DNA of 64,000 nucleotides from Octopus vulgaris (GCA_951406725.2 OX597816.1:15128001-15192000); one strand, 5' to 3'. Positions 39,480 through 53,832 are shown, counted from the stretch's first letter. Program-made: numbers and translations. Notes: generated by a model not told the origin, from the sequence alone.

Positions 39480-40844
39480 TCAGAATAGAGTGAAGCTTTT
39501 TCGGTCTTTCATGTTTTTCAACAAGTTTTAGCATCCAATCGTTGGTTGCTTCAAGGTATTTGGCCAGTTCGATTGTGGAGGTTTTGTACGTAAGTTCAAG
39601 CTGGATCAAACCTTGACCTCCCTGAGCTCTGGGAAGGTAAAGATGATCCATGTCTGCCTTTAGATGATGCATCTTATTACAAGCCAGTAGCTTGCGGATT
39701 TTTCTGTCAATTTTCATTATTTCACTGGTATTCCAGTTAAGCACATTGAAGCTATAAAGAACAACTGGGACTACTAAGGTATTTATGGCTAACACCTTAT
39801 TATATGCATTCAGCTCAGACTTCAGGACTGCTCGAACTCTTCTATAACATTCCTTCTTAACCTTCTCTTTCATGCTTGCATGCTGGATACCAGAGCCTTC
39901 ATTTATTCCTAGGTATTTATTGGTTTGTTCCTGCTCAAGTTCCTTTATTACTGTTTCGACATCTAATTCAATTGAACTTGACTTTACCAATTTTCCTTTC
40001 TTAAAAGTGGCTTTGGCATATTTTTCAAGGCCAAACTCCAACCCGATATCATCACTGAATCCTTTCACAGTATGTAGTAGTCCTTCAAGCTCTTCATCAT
40101 CTTTGCCATATAGTTTTAAATCATCCATTTAAAATAGATGGCTTATTTTCCTGTTGTCAATTTTGTAGCCATATCCTGTTCTATTCAGTTCACTTGAGAG
40201 TGGTATTAGTGCTATGCAGAAAATTAATGGTGAAAGTGAGTCACCTTGGAAAATATCACAGTTTATGCAAATATTGTTTGAGCACAATACTCCATTAGAA
40301 TGATGTAATTGGAGCTTCGTGTTCCATAGTGACATATTATACTTTAAAAAATCTGAAATCACAGGAGAAATTTTGAAAATGTCCAGCGATTTCAGAATCC
40401 ACGAATGCGGTATGCTGTCAAAGGCTTTTTTATAATCAATCCATGAAGAACTGAGATTTCTGCGCTTGTTATGGCAGTTCTCAAGAATCATGCGATTAAT
40501 TAGGAGCTGATCTTTGCATCCGTATGAGCCTCGTCTGCATCCTTTTTGTTCAATAGGAAAGAGGTTATTCTCTTCCATAAACGTATATGTTTTCTCTACT
40601 AGAATAGATGTCAAAATCTTATAGGTAGTAGACAAACATGTTATAGGCCGGTAGTTTTTTGGGTCTTTTGTTTCATTATTTTTGGGGAGGAGGTAAATAA
40701 TACCACTTGCCATCCAATGGGGAGTTTTTTTCAGGGTCTTTCATAATACTATTAAATAGTATTACTAACATTTTGTGGGCGGACGAGAGTGATGAGAGCC
40801 AGAAATTTGGTACTCTATCAATACCAGGGGATTTCCAGTTAGCC

Positions 40845-40845
<1 letters not shown>
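39480..40845 (-). mobile_element. R4/Dong-clade LINE, RT region, disrupted
   Basis: NYRPITCL, EQKGC, GCKDQLLIN, WIDYKKAFDSIPH, IFQGDSLSP, SHLF*MDDLKL; 5' side abuts (TTA)n at 40847-40912; 3' side replaced by a family A SINE. Confidence 0.93.
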
Positions 40846-40913
<68 letters not shown>

Positions 40914-41367
40914 CATCATCATCATCATCATCATCATTATACTTAAGACAGTAAAACATGTTCTGTCTTGTATTCCAATACTATGGGTGTTTTTTTATCA
41001 ACTGAAATTACATGGAAAATATTCTTTTTCTTAGCATAGAACTTCTACATAGGGAGGCAAGAATTTGTTTGTTTGTATTATTTTCCTTTCATGAGAAAGA
41101 CTTTAATTTGAGAAGAAAATTTTATTCCTTTCCAACAAATAATGATAATAATAATAACAATAATAATGAACTGTAAAAAAATATTCAAGTGAAAATAAAT
41201 ACATCTTAAAGGACAGTAAACAGAGAAATAAAAGGTTGAGAAAGTCGATATCTCAGCAGAAATAGAAGAGAGATTTATGTAAAGGAGAGAGAGAGAGAGA
41301 AAAACGACCATGTTGTTTAGAAGTGAAAGACAACATTATTTTAGAGAATGTGAATGACATGGGGATA

Positions 41368-41396
41368 GCAACAACAACAACAGGACAACAGCAGTG

Positions 41397-41432
<36 letters not shown>

Positions 41433-41826
41433 ACAACAACAGTGACAGCAGCGACAACAACATTGTCATTGATAACAGAAGCAAAATCAACCATAACAGC
41501 AACAGCTGCAAGAAGAAGAAGAAGAAGAAGAAGAAGAAGAAGAAGAAGAAGAAGAAGAAAACGAAGAAGAAGAAAACGAAGAAGAAGAAAAAGAAGAAAA
41601 AGAAGAAGAAAAAAGAAGAAGAAGAAGAAGAAGAAGAAGAACGAAGAAGAAGAAAACGAAGAAGAAGAAAAAGAAGAAAAAGAAGAAGAAAAAAGAAGAA
41701 GAAGAAGAAGAAGAAGAGGAAGAAAACGAAGAAGAAGAAGAAAAAGAAGAAAAAGAAGAAGAAAAAGAAGAAGAAGAAGAAGAAGAAAAAGAAGAAGAAG
41801 AAAAAGAAGAAGAAAACGAAGAAGAA

Positions 41827-41858
<32 letters not shown>

Positions 41859-42022
41859 AGAAGAGCAAGAACAAGAACATCATCATCATCATCATCATCA
41901 TCATCAACAACAGCAGCAGTAGCAACAATTACAGCAACAACAACAACAACAGCAACAAGAACAACATCATCATCAACAACAGCAGCAGCAGCAACAATTA
42001 CAACAACATTAACAACAGCACC
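41368..42022. repeat. (AAC)n/(AAG)n compound microsatellite
   Basis: Direct inspection. Confidence 0.95.
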
Positions 42023-42454
42023 AACAGGCCATAGAAGCTACTGTTTTTCCGGGTGCTGCTAGTCATGTCTTGAGACTCAACAGAAAATGTCTCTTCTTGA
42101 GTTCCAAGAGCTGACAAGAAAAACTCAATGTTAAAGGAAGCTACTGGCCAGGATGTGAAGGGCCAAGAAGCTACCCTTCTCCCTACCTTCCTGTAGCATC
42201 TCTCCACCATCAAGCGACTATAGTGGGGGTCGCTTTGCCTTTTCTGTCTGTAAAATTTATAAAAAAAGGAAACAAAACAGGACAACATTAATAATGATTC
42301 CAAATTTTGGCACAACACCTGTAATTTTAGGGAAAGGTGACTGTTGATTGCTTTGACCCCAATACTCAGCTGGTACTTTTCTTTTAGGGAGCTTCAAAGG
42401 ATGAAATGCAAAGCTGATCTTAGTGGGATTTGAACTCAGAACATTAAGAACCAT

Positions 42455-42715
42455 GCTCGGAATTGCTGAAGCATGGAATAAACTACCAGCATCACTTGTT
42501 AGCTGTTGGGACACTACAACCTTCAAAACTTCTATACTTCCCAAAATTCATCAACAGTACATCTGATGGCCCCACCTCACCCTTTTTTTTTTTTAAAACA
42601 ACTCATTCACTGACCACTTCTTATGCATTATTCTATGTACAGTTCATGCACTTTTGGCCCCTTTTTCTGATGGGTTGTAGTGCACCTGAGCACTGAATAC
42701 AACTCATCATCATTT
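42455..42715 (+). mobile_element. CR1-clade LINE 3' end
   Basis: Translates RIAEAWNKLPASLVSC...TFKTS, the WN.LP...FK C-terminal motif of CR1 ORF2. Confidence 0.65.
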
Positions 42716-42906
42716 TGATTGTAACTGTAAGATACTCTGAGAGTACATGGGACATGAAGGAGTCTTTTGGGTCTGTGATACGAAATGTTATAATAATTAT
42801 AGTGTGCTGTATAAGGAGGGGATTAAAAACTATTCTTTCCATTAATTTGTATGACCATGTACTTACATTGGTTTCAAAATTTTGGTGCAGGACCAGTAAT
42901 TTTGAG

Positions 42907-43161
42907 TAGGGCTGTGGAGTCGGAATCAGAGTCAGAAACAATTAAAGGGTAGCTGGAGTCGGAGTCGGAGCTGGTTAAACTATACTGACTCTGACTCTGA
43001 CTCACAATATCTTTATTCTTTAATATAAACCAGTTATAACATAAGGGCCTACTCAAAGTACAAGTGTATGCATATGCTTTATGAGCTATGTAGACCAGAA
43101 TCACTTAATTACATAAGGAGGAGTCAGAGTCGAAGTTTTTTGTTTTGACTCCACAGCCCTG
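42907..43161. mobile_element. hAT-type MITE with internal gagtc repeats, inserted in a family B SINE
   Basis: TIR (t/c)agggctgtggagtc; 8-bp flanks attttgag / atttcaag. Confidence 0.8.
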
Positions 43162-43611
43162 ATTTCAAGGATGGAGCAAATTGATAACATCAACACCAGT
43201 TTGCAACTGGTTCTTATTTTAGTGACCCTGAAAGGATGAAAGGCAAAGTCAACTTTGACAGAATTTGAACACAGAATGTAAAAATGGACAAAATGCAGTT
43301 TAGAATTTTGCCCAACATGATAGTGAATCTGCCAGCTCCCTGTGGCTATATTGGTTCCAAATTTTGCCAAAAGGTTGGCAGTTTTGAAGGAAGGGTTAAA
43401 TCAATCACACCAACCCCAGTGTTCATCTGGTACATATTCTATCGACCCCGAAAAGACAAAAGGCAAAGCTGACCTCTGTTGAATTTGAACTCAGAATGTA
43501 AAGACAAATGAAAAGCCACTAAGCATTTAGCCCGGTGTGCCAGTGATTCTACCAACTCAGTGCCTTAGACCATGTACTATATTAATAACCATTATTATTG
43601 TTCTTTGTAGG

Positions 43612-43918
43612 GCAGTGAGCTGGCAGAATCATTAGCACACCAGGCAAAATGTTTAGCGGTATTTCGTCTGCCGTTATGTTCTGAGTTCAAATTCCACCGA
43701 GGTCGACTTTGCCTATCATCCTTTCGGGGTCGATTAAATAAGTACCAGTTACACACTGGGGTCGATATAATCGACTTGATCCATTTGTCTGTCCTTGTTT
43801 GTCCTCTCTGTGTTTAGCCTCTTGTGGGTAATAAAGAAGTAGAAATAGGTATTTCGTCTGCTGTTATGTTCTGAGTTCAAATTCTACCAATGTTGAATTT
43901 GCCTTTCCTCCTTTCAGG

Positions 43919-43920
<2 letters not shown>
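43612..43920 (+). mobile_element. Family B SINE, partial dimer
   Basis: Head, full unit and start of second unit; its 3' end resumes at ~44481. Confidence 0.8.
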
Positions 43921-43950
<30 letters not shown>

Positions 43951-44480
43951 TAGTATCGTTTAACGTCCGCGTTCCATGCTAGCATGGGTTGGATGATTTG
44001 ACTGAGGTCTGGCGAACCAGATGGCTGCACCAGGCTCCAGTCTTGATCTGGCAGAGTTTCTACAGTTGGATGCCCTTCCTAATGCCAATCACTCCGAGAG
44101 TGTAGTGGGTGCTTTTACGTGCCACCGGCACGAGGGCCAGTCAAGCAGTACAGGCAACAGCCACGCTCAAATAGTATTTTTTACGTGCCACCTGCACAGG
44201 AGCCAGTCCAGTGACACTGGCAATGACCTCGCTTAAATGTTTTTAACGATCAGCCTCAAATGGTGCCTTTTACGTGCCACCGGTACAGAAGCTAGTTAGC
44301 TGCTCTGGCAATGATCATGCTCAGATGGTGCTCTTACCACCCTACCAGCATGGGGCACAGGTGCCAGTAAGGTGATGCTGGTAACGATCACACTTGAATG
44401 GTGTCTTTTACGTGCCACCGGCACGGAAGCCAGTTAACCGCTCTGGCAATGATCACACTTGCATGGTGTTCTTAGCACTT
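43920..44480 (-). mobile_element. Family C element with internal tandem repeats, nested in family B SINE
   Basis: (CAT)n tail, ggatgcccttcctaatgccaa core, several ttttacgtgccaccggcac units. Confidence 0.8.
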
Positions 44481-45784
44481 GATAAAATAAGTACCAGTTA
44501 CGCACTGAGGTCAATGAAACTGACTAGTTGCCTTCCTCCTAAAATTTTCAAGGATTTGTGCCTAGAGTAGAAATAATTTTTATTGTCAATTTTGTTGTTG
44601 CTGTTGTTGTATTACTGTAGCACCAACACAAAATTTGAGATAAAGAGAGGTTGGATATGTGAGAACTGTTGTCATGGCTAAATGTGTTTGGCAACAAGAA
44701 ATAGGAGACAGCAGGGCAGCAAAATGGTTTATTTATTTTTTTATCACTTCCTACAAAAAAAACAAAAAAAAACAAAAACAAAAAAAAAAAAAACGGTATC
44801 TTTTTTATTCATTTATTTATGTCTGTTTGTTGTTTGAGCTTAGCTTTCATATCAGAACATTTGAGTTATTGAATATAAGCAGAAAAATTTGAAGAGGTTA
44901 TGATGCCGTACATTGGCAAAATTCAAAAGCGAAGAAAAGGAGAGCTGCAAATATGATATGTTAGGTTGCCACGAAAGAGAAGAATAATATCTCTAACATG
45001 TGAGACAGAATTCTTGGCATTGGAGAAGGAGGAAAGAATATGGAAAGATGGTCTAATAACGGAATATATAATAAGAAAGCAGGAGGTGAGAAGAAGTAAG
45101 ATTAGTAGGAGGTAAAGAAAGAGAAGACGAAAAAAATACGTAGGAAGTCTAACTGAGGTGTGAGGGGTAAGATATTAAGCCAATGAGCTGGAAACTAAGT
45201 AGAAATAATCTTTTGGTGTCGATTCCATGGGTGACTGACTTTTGCCACTGCTTTTCTTTGATGTCTCATTGAACCTATCATTATTGCCAAAAGAAACCAG
45301 GAATATAAAAATGGATCTTCTTAATATGATGTATATACTTGGAAAAAAAAATAGCCAAAGCAACAAAAGCAATAAAAAAAACAGAACAAAGACCAACAAC
45401 AACAACAAAAGTATTCTATGTTTTTCTTACTTTCTTTTTTGCTTATTTATATTATCTGTATATTTGTTGTTGATGTTGTTAGTGGTGGTGGTGATGGTGG
45501 TGGTGGTGGTGATTGTGGTGGTGGGGTCAGCTGCTCAGTTCTTGGTCAGACTTCTCTGAGCAGTCCTATTCTTTGATTCTATGTTTAAATTGCTTTTTTT
45601 TAAAATTGTTCCAGTCATTGTACTGTGGCCATGTTGGGGCATTCCCTTGAAGAGTTTGGCAGAAAAGATTTGACCCAAGTACTTAGTCTATCAATCTCTT
45701 GTGCTGAAATTCTAAGTTATTGGGATGTAAACAAACCAACATCAATTGTCAATCAGTGAGGGGACAAAAATGTATGCATTCAAA

Positions 45785-45790
45785 CATACA

Positions 45791-45821
<31 letters not shown>

Positions 45822-46058
45822 GTACATACATACGTACATACATACGTACATACATACATATATGCATACATACATGCATACATACATATGTACATACATA
45901 CGTACATACATACGTACATACATACATATATGCATACATACATGCATACATACATATGTACATACATACGTACATACATACATACATACACACATACATA
46001 CATACATACATACATACACACATACAAACATGCATACATACATACATACATACATACA

Positions 46059-46090
<32 letters not shown>

Positions 46091-46100
46091 CTTACATACA
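45785..46100. repeat. (TACA)n microsatellite with interruptions
   Basis: Direct inspection. Confidence 0.95.
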
Positions 46101-46379
46101 TCATTGTCATCATCATTGCCGTTGTCGTTGTTGTCATCATCACAACCATCATCATCTTCATCCTTCACCATCTGTCTTCCATGCTGGCATGAGTTGGATG
46201 GTTTGACAGGAGCTGGCAAGCCTGGGGATTGCACCACGTTCTACTGTTTGCTTTGACGTGGTTTTTACAGCAATCTGCACATACTTATATACATACGTAT
46301 ACATATACTTATTTAAATATGCATATACACACATATACATACATATTTACATATACATACATATATATACATGCACATA

Positions 46380-46750
46380 CTCTTTTACTCCTTTACTTGT
46401 TTTAGTCATTTGACGACGGTCATGCTGGAGCAAATCGACCCCAAGATTTATTCTTTGTAAGCCTAGTACTTATTCTATCAGTCTCTTTTGATGAACTGCT
46501 AAGTTATAGGGACACAAACACATCAGCATCAGTTGTCAAACGATGTTGGTGGCACCAACACAGACATACAAACATATATACACATATACGAAGGGCTTCT
46601 TTCAGTTTCTGTCTATCAAATCCACCCACAAGGCTTTGGTCAGCCTGAGGCTGTAGTAGAAGACACTTGCCGAAGGTGCCATGCAGTGGGAATGAACCTG
46701 GAACCATGTGGTTAGTAAGCAAGCTACTTACCACACCGCCACTCCTACGC
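46380..46750 (-). mobile_element. Family A SINE
   Basis: Near full-length match. Confidence 0.85.
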
Positions 46751-46847
46751 TTGAAAAAAGCAGACCAGCCATCGGATGCCGAAACCACATCTACCAAATC
46801 CATGCATGTGGCATTGGGCAACCCAGAACTGTTGTAGAAGGTACTCA

Positions 46848-47448
46848 CCCAATTTTGGGGGAAGGGGCCAGTTGATTAGATCGACCTCAGTACACAACTG
46901 GTACATAATGTATCAACCCCTGAAAGGATGAAAGGTAAAGTGAACCTCAGTGGAATTTGAACTCAGAACGTAAAGACAGATGAAATAGTGTTAAGCATTT
47001 TGCCCAGTATGCTAACGTTTCTTATTTCTTATTTCTTTATTGCCCACCAGGGGCTAAACATAGAGGGGACAAACACGGACTGACAAAGGGATTAAGTCGA
47101 TTACATTGACCCCAGTGTGTAACTGGTACTTAATTTATCAACCCCGAAAGGATGAAAGGCAAAGTCGTCCTCGGTGGAATTTGAACTCAGAACATAATGG
47201 CAGACAAAATGCCTATTTCTTTACTACCCACAAGGGGCTAAACACAGAGGAGACAAACAAGGACAGACAAACGGATTAAGTCGATTATATCGATCCCAGT
47301 GCGTAACTGGTACTTATTTAATCGACCCCCGAAAGGATGAAGAGCAAAGTCGACCTCGGTGGAATTTGAACTCAGAACATAGCGGCAGACAAAATTCCAC
47401 TAAGCATTTCTCCCGGTATGCTAACGTTTCTGCCAGCTCGCCACCTTA
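46848..47448 (-). mobile_element. Family B SINEs (dimer plus adjacent monomer)
   Basis: Three core blocks at ~46925, 47150, 47335. Confidence 0.8.
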
Positions 47449-48028
47449 GGCTAATATATATTAGATTATATAATCACCCAGTATATCTTTCAATTCTTTG
47501 AAATGATACTGTATGACATGAAGGAGATTTAGTTTCTATTTCTAGCAGGTTGACCAACTGCATAGAAAGTCCCTCATTGTATCCTCTGTTTATATGTATT
47601 CTATTTATGTTTTTGCAATTAACTTTCGCAATTTAACAAGCCAAAAATTCAAATTATTTAACACATTATATAATACGAATGAATAATAATGAAATCTTAT
47701 TTTATTGCATTCAATCAACACATTTTCTCACAGCTGTTTTCTCATAGACATTATTTTATGAATGCTTGTTTTGAAAATAGAAAAGAGAAAAACATCATTA
47801 TTCAATATTCTTTGGATATTTTGAAGAATGGCACGAGAGAAATACTAAAGAGGAAAAAAGAAAACAGAAGGAAGGAAAACAAACACCTGAAAATAAATGG
47901 ATTAGCATCAACAACCAATACAAATACAAATGATGTTAACGAGTGCAGGCTGCAAATATCTGGTGTGGGGGTTCAAACTATGGAGAGGAAAGGGAACTGT
48001 CTTGTATAATTGTTTAGTCCAGTGGTTC

Positions 48029-48819
48029 GCGATGGCAGCGAGCTGGCAGAATCGTTAGCATGCCAGGCGAAATGCATAGCCATATTTCGTCTGCCGTTAC
48101 GTAAGAGTTCAAATTCCGTCGAGGTCCACTTTGCCTTTCATCCTTTCAGGGTCGATAAATTAAGTTCCAGTTACGCACTGGGGTCGATGTAATCAACTTA
48201 ATCCGTGTGTCTGTCCTTGTTTGTCCCCTCTGCATTTTGCCCCTTGTGGGTAGTAAAGAAATAGCTATTTTGTCTGCTGTTACATTCTGAGTTCAAATTC
48301 CGCCGAGTTTGACTTAACCTTTCATCTTTTCAGGGTCGATAAATTAAGTACCAGTTACACACTGGGGGTTGATGTAATTGACTTAATCCATTTGTCTGTC
48401 CTTGTTTGTCCCCTCTGCATTTTGCCCATTGTGGGTAGTAAAGATATAGCTATTTTGTCTGCTGTTACGTTCTGAGTTCAAATTCCGCCAAGGTTGACTT
48501 TGGCTTTCATCCTTTCAGGGTCGATAAATTAAGTACCAGTTACACACTGGGGGTCGATGTAATTGACTTAATCCATTTGTCTGTCCTTGTTTGTCCCCTC
48601 TGCATTTAGCCCCTTGTGGGTAGTAAAGAAATAGCTATTTTGTCTGCTGTTACGTTCTGAGTTCAAATTCCGCCAAGGTTGACTTTGGCTTTCATCCTTT
48701 CAGGGTCGATAAATTAAGTAGTACCAGTTACACACTGGGGTTGATGTAATCGACTTAATCCGTGTCTGTCCTTGTTTGTCCCCTCTGTGTTTAGCCCCTT
48801 GTGGGTAGTAAAAAAGTAG
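48029..48819 (+). mobile_element. Tetrameric family B SINE (one head + four ~185-bp units) bounded by a 17-bp TSD
   Basis: Unit starts at 48083, 48266, 48451, 48636; gtttagtccagtggttc at 48012-48028 and 48820-48836. Confidence 0.9.
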
Positions 48820-48947
48820 GTTTAGTCCAGTGGTTCCCAAACATTTTCGGGTTGCCACCCCTTCACACCCTGGCCATATTTCTAGCACCCCCACCTCACT
48901 CACCATCATAAACATAGACGACTTTCTGCAGCAAATTTAAGACATCT

Positions 48948-49363
48948 CTTTACTCTTTTACTCTGTTACTTGTTTCAGTCATGTGACTGTGGCCATGCTG
49001 GAGCACCACCTTTAGTTGAACAAATCGCCCTCAAGACTTATTCTTTGTAAGCCTAGTACTTACTCTATCACTCTCTTTTGCCGAGCTGCTAAGTTACAGA
49101 GACGTAAACAAACCAACGTCAGTTGTCAAGCGATGATGGGGGTACAAACACACAGACACACACACACAACCACACACACACAAACACACACACATGCACA
49201 CATATATACATGATGGGCTTCTTTCAGTTTCCGTCTACCAAATCCACTCGCAAGGCTTTGGTCGGCCAAAGGTTATAGTAGAAGACACTTACCCAAGGTG
49301 CCATGCAGTGAGACTGAACCCAGAACCATGCGGTTAGTAAATAAGCTACTTACCACACAGCCA
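48948..49363 (-). mobile_element. Family A SINE
   Basis: Full-length match. Confidence 0.85.
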
Positions 49364-49525
49364 GCAACAAAGGGATTTGAACTCAGAGTGTAAAGTTGGA
49401 AGAAATACTGCTAAGCATTTGCTCAGAAAAGCTAATGATTCTGTCAAACTCACTACCTTAATAATAATAATGGTTCCAATTTAAACTCAAGACCAGAAAT
49501 TTCAGGCAAGTGGGTAAGATGATTA

Positions 49526-50350
49526 CTGTATTTTAACATGTATAAGAAACCCCTTTTTGTCAAAAATTAGGTTAAACAAATATGGGAGTTTCTTATACAT
49601 AGATAATATTATCATGTGATCACGTGACCGACCAGACCATCGGATGTTGCTATACATCGCTGGTCACAATGCGTTTGCATTGTTTTAGCCTTCGAACGAC
49701 GCCACCTCGCTGGCTAAGTGAGCAGGCCAACAGAAGAAAGAGAGAAAGAGTGGTGAAAGAGTACAGCAGGGATCACCACCATCCCCTGCTGGAGCCTCGT
49801 GGAGCTTTTTAGATGTTCTCGCTCAATAAACACACACAACACCCGGTCTGGGAATCGAAACCGCAATCCTACGACTGCCCTGCCCTAACCACTGGGCCAT
49901 TGCGCCTCCACAAATAGTATTATAGATATTAATAAATTACTTAATTCCTTGAACCTCATATCGCCATGATTTGTAACATCGTAAGCCTCAGGCCCAAACC
50001 CATTGGGTTGCAATGGACAAGCTGCTATCCGTTTGCCAAGCAACGGCATGCACAAAAAGCAGCCATCACGAACGATGATTATCTGCCAAACAGTTCTTAC
50101 TGAGACTGTTGAATCTGTATTTTTGTATTAACGCAAAGGTCCTATATTGTATTTAAAACTGTGAGCAAACATGCAAGGGAAAACATTAACACTTTTTTAA
50201 AATCCAGGCTGCATACGGAGGTCATACAACCTATCAGAGACAGCAAGCGTGCTCAATGGCCATATATGGCAATGCAGCTCACACTGTAACCTTTTTTCTG
50301 AATTTTAAACCCCCAAAATTAGGGGATTCCTTATACACTTTAAAATATAG
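49526..50350. mobile_element. pogo/Tc2-like non-autonomous DNA transposon containing a family D SINE (49615-49911)
   Basis: TA|ctgtattttaacatgtataagaaa and ttccttatacactttaaaatatag|TA (20/24 match). Confidence 0.7.
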
Positions 50351-50542
50351 TACAGTGACCCAAATGCTCAACTAGATGAAATGCAACATTGGCAGAATTT
50401 GCAGAATTTGAACTCAGAATGTGAAGTTGAAAAATTGGCAGAATTTGAACTCAGAATGTGAAGTTGAAAGAAACACTGCAAAGCATTTTTTGTGATGCAC
50501 TAATGATTCTGTTAGCTTACTGCCTTTGCCACCTTAATAATA

Positions 50543-50620
<78 letters not shown>

Positions 50621-50986
50621 GTAAGAGCACTCAGAGAGCTTAAACCTCCACCAAGGCAACACCAACGTCCTCTCAATGATTAGCCAGAGATGATTTTTAA
50701 AATGAAAATATCTGAAATAAACTCGACTGCTCTCACAAACGAGAATACTAAAAATGAACCTGACTGTTCTCAAAAATAAAAAAAAAAATGGAAAATAATC
50801 CAGAATCCTTGTCCAGTACCAGATAGACCCCAAAATATATTCAGTTCTTGCCAGGCACGAGGCCAAACATCCTTGCACGATTCATCTGAATCCATTCAGC
50901 AGTTCTTGAGATATCGTGTTCATGGTCAAACAAACAAGCAAACATGACTGAAAACAATACCTCTGCCTTTGCTAAGGCTGAGGTAA
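50621..50986 (-). mobile_element. Helentron-type (DINE-1/HINE-like) non-autonomous element
   Basis: Terminal hairpin acctctgcctt-tgct-aaggctgaggt, subterminal repeat acctccaccaagg near other end, short gagcactcagagagc stem, TT/AA insertion context. Confidence 0.6.
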
Positions 50987-51239
50987 TAATAATAATCCTT
51001 TCTACAGGAATCCCAAGACCTCAAATTTTGGGGAGGGGATTAAGTCAATTACATCGACCCCAGTGTGTAACTGGTACTTATTTAATCGACTCTGAAAGGA
51101 TGAGAGGCAAAAGTCGACCTCGGTGGAATTTGAACTCAGAACATGAAGATGGATGAAATACTACAAGGCATTTTATCCGGCATGCTAACAATTCTGCCAG
51201 CTCACCGCCCTAATAATAATGATGATGATGAAGAGGAGG

Positions 51240-51575
51240 AGACCCCCTTGGGTCATGAATGACCATGGGATTGCACCTAGAAAGTTACCCTCTGAGGTAC
51301 AAGTCAGAGCAAGGTTGTTTGTGGAAGGTCAGCAGTTGCCCATGCATACCAGCGTTCCCTCTCCACGCCACTGATGTTATCCAAGGGAAAGGCAAAGGGG
51401 CCGATACAGCTTGGCCCCAATGACATCGCAACTCATTTATACAGCTGAGTGAACTGGAGAACGTGAAATAAAGTATCTTGCTCAAGAACACAACACACAG
51501 ACCGGTCTGAAGAATTGAAGTCACAACCTCACGATCTTAAGCTTGATGCTCTAACCACTGAGCCATGCACCTTCA
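51240..51575 (-). mobile_element. CORE-type tRNA SINE (family E variant); second copy 56217-56551
   Basis: Minus strand gaaggtgcatggctcagtggttagagc...ttcttgagcaagatactttatttcacgtt..ccagttcactcagctgta. Confidence 0.8.
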
Positions 51576-51799
51576 CAATAATAATAATGATGATGACGAT
51601 GATGATGATGATGATGATGATAAGAAGAGGAAGAAGAAGAATGAGTGCTCATGGGAACTGCTCATATCCTAAGAAAAATATTGTCTATTTTATCCCCAAA
51701 ACAGTTTAATCTGTAAACTGTATCAAAATACTTTTAAATGCCCCAGCATGGCCACAGTCTAATGAGTGAAACAAGTTAAAGATAAATAATATAGGGTGT

Positions 51800-52766
51800 A
51801 CATGTACATCCACACATGCACTCACACGCACACACACAAACATACATATGCACACATACACACGCACACATTTGAACACACACACACACACACAAACACA
51901 CATACACGCACACAAACACACATACACACACACTCAAACACAAACACACGCATGCACACACACTCACATGGACACATGGACACACATACACACATACATG
52001 CACACATTCAAACACAAACACACACATGCACACATACTCACATACACACATGCACATGGACACATGGACACACACACATACACAAACATACACATACACA
52101 CAATCAAACACGCACATACACACACACATTCACACGTACACATACACACAAACACACACACTCAAACACAGAGACAAACACATAGGCATAAACACACAGA
52201 CGGACACACTGACACACATACATCCACACACACACACACACACACACTGAAACACACACACAGACACAAACATACACATATACACAATCAAACACACACA
52301 TACACACACACATTCACACGTACACGTACACACAAACACACACACTCAAACACAGAGACAAACACATAGGCATAAACACACAAACGGACACACTGACACA
52401 CATACATCCACCCACACACACACACAGAGTTATATATGGCCATAACCAAATTAGGTGCGGCTCTTTATTATGCTTCTTTTCATGGTCTAATCAGAATTTT
52501 ACGCTTATTACTTTTTTACATGCTTAATTAGGCATTTGTTTGTTTGTTTATTTATTTATTTACTTTATATTGCAATTGGGGAACAATAGTCTTCTGCGGG
52601 TTAATCTCTGGTTTACAGCATCTGTGATGGTGTGAGAAGGAACACGGGAGTATCTGTAACATGCGGCAGAACAAATATCTCAATTTCATTCAGAAAATAT
52701 GTTTTATATTTTTATTTAAGGTTTTATGCTGATGCTGACATTCTACACCAATATTTACATACACGT

Positions 52767-52798
<32 letters not shown>

Positions 52799-52833
52799 CA
52801 CACACACACACAAAACACACACATACACACACA

Positions 52834-52901
<68 letters not shown>

Positions 52902-52912
52902 TACACACACAA

Positions 52913-52943
<31 letters not shown>

Positions 52944-52953
52944 TACACACACA

Positions 52954-52994
<41 letters not shown>

Positions 52995-52995
52995 T
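51800..52995. repeat. CA-rich microsatellite blocks (51800-52428 with an internal ~185-bp duplication; 52768-52993)
   Basis: Direct inspection. Confidence 0.9.
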
Positions 52996-53832
52996 TGGTC
53001 ATCTGTTCAGTTGTTGGCTACCAAAATCCGGTCAGCAAGCGTTGTTTAATCCATAGCTATGCAGATGCATAGAAAGAATTCACTCAAGGTACCAGATTGT
53101 GGGATTGTATCACCAGCTTATGTAATATATTATCAGGATGTTGACATTGGCACAGCATAATGTAGTGTTATATAAGAGAAGAACCGCAGCTTTCTTAATA
53201 GTCTTTTCAGTTTAAGTGCCATAGCATGTTTGATTAAACAATCAGGAGCGAAAACCTTTTATACAGGCCACTCAGCTGTGTGATATTTACTTGAAGGTGA
53301 TTGAATTTCTGTCACCATCAGAGAATCATTAGGAACACTACAAAAGGATTATACCATTAGGATATGCAAACACTTTGCCAATTTAGTTTAATACAGGGAT
53401 TCCTCAATAAAGCGCTGCAAGACCTTTGCAAAATGGTTTTTCAAAAACCATAGACAACAAGAACAAAATAATTAAAGAAATGAATCTAATGAAGCCAAGC
53501 TCTGTAATTCCATTTATTAATTAGAATGTTGGTGTAGAATGCAAGATAGGAGAAGAGAGACCCAATTAAATATTGACTTTAATACTGCAATATTGTAATA
53601 AACCCCTTTTCTATAAATTTATTCTAATTATATGTGTTCAGATGAATATTTACTTTTTCCTGTGTTAAACGGTAAATTTAAAAACATGCAATCATGTTTA
53701 GTAAACTCTGTACATTGACTCAAAGCTATAAATTTGTTGAAAGAGGAGTGTATTTGAAACTTAATTATCCTTGGAAATAACCCAGTATATATTTGATCAA
53801 ATAAGGAATGACAAGAAAATTTGAACTTTTAA

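Noticed and set aside
42025-42250. Possible L1/Tx1 3' fragment
   Set aside because: No diagnostic motif readable; identity cannot be supported
48829-48945. hAT-like left end cagtggttcccaaac
   Set aside because: No matching right TIR found, so not called as an element
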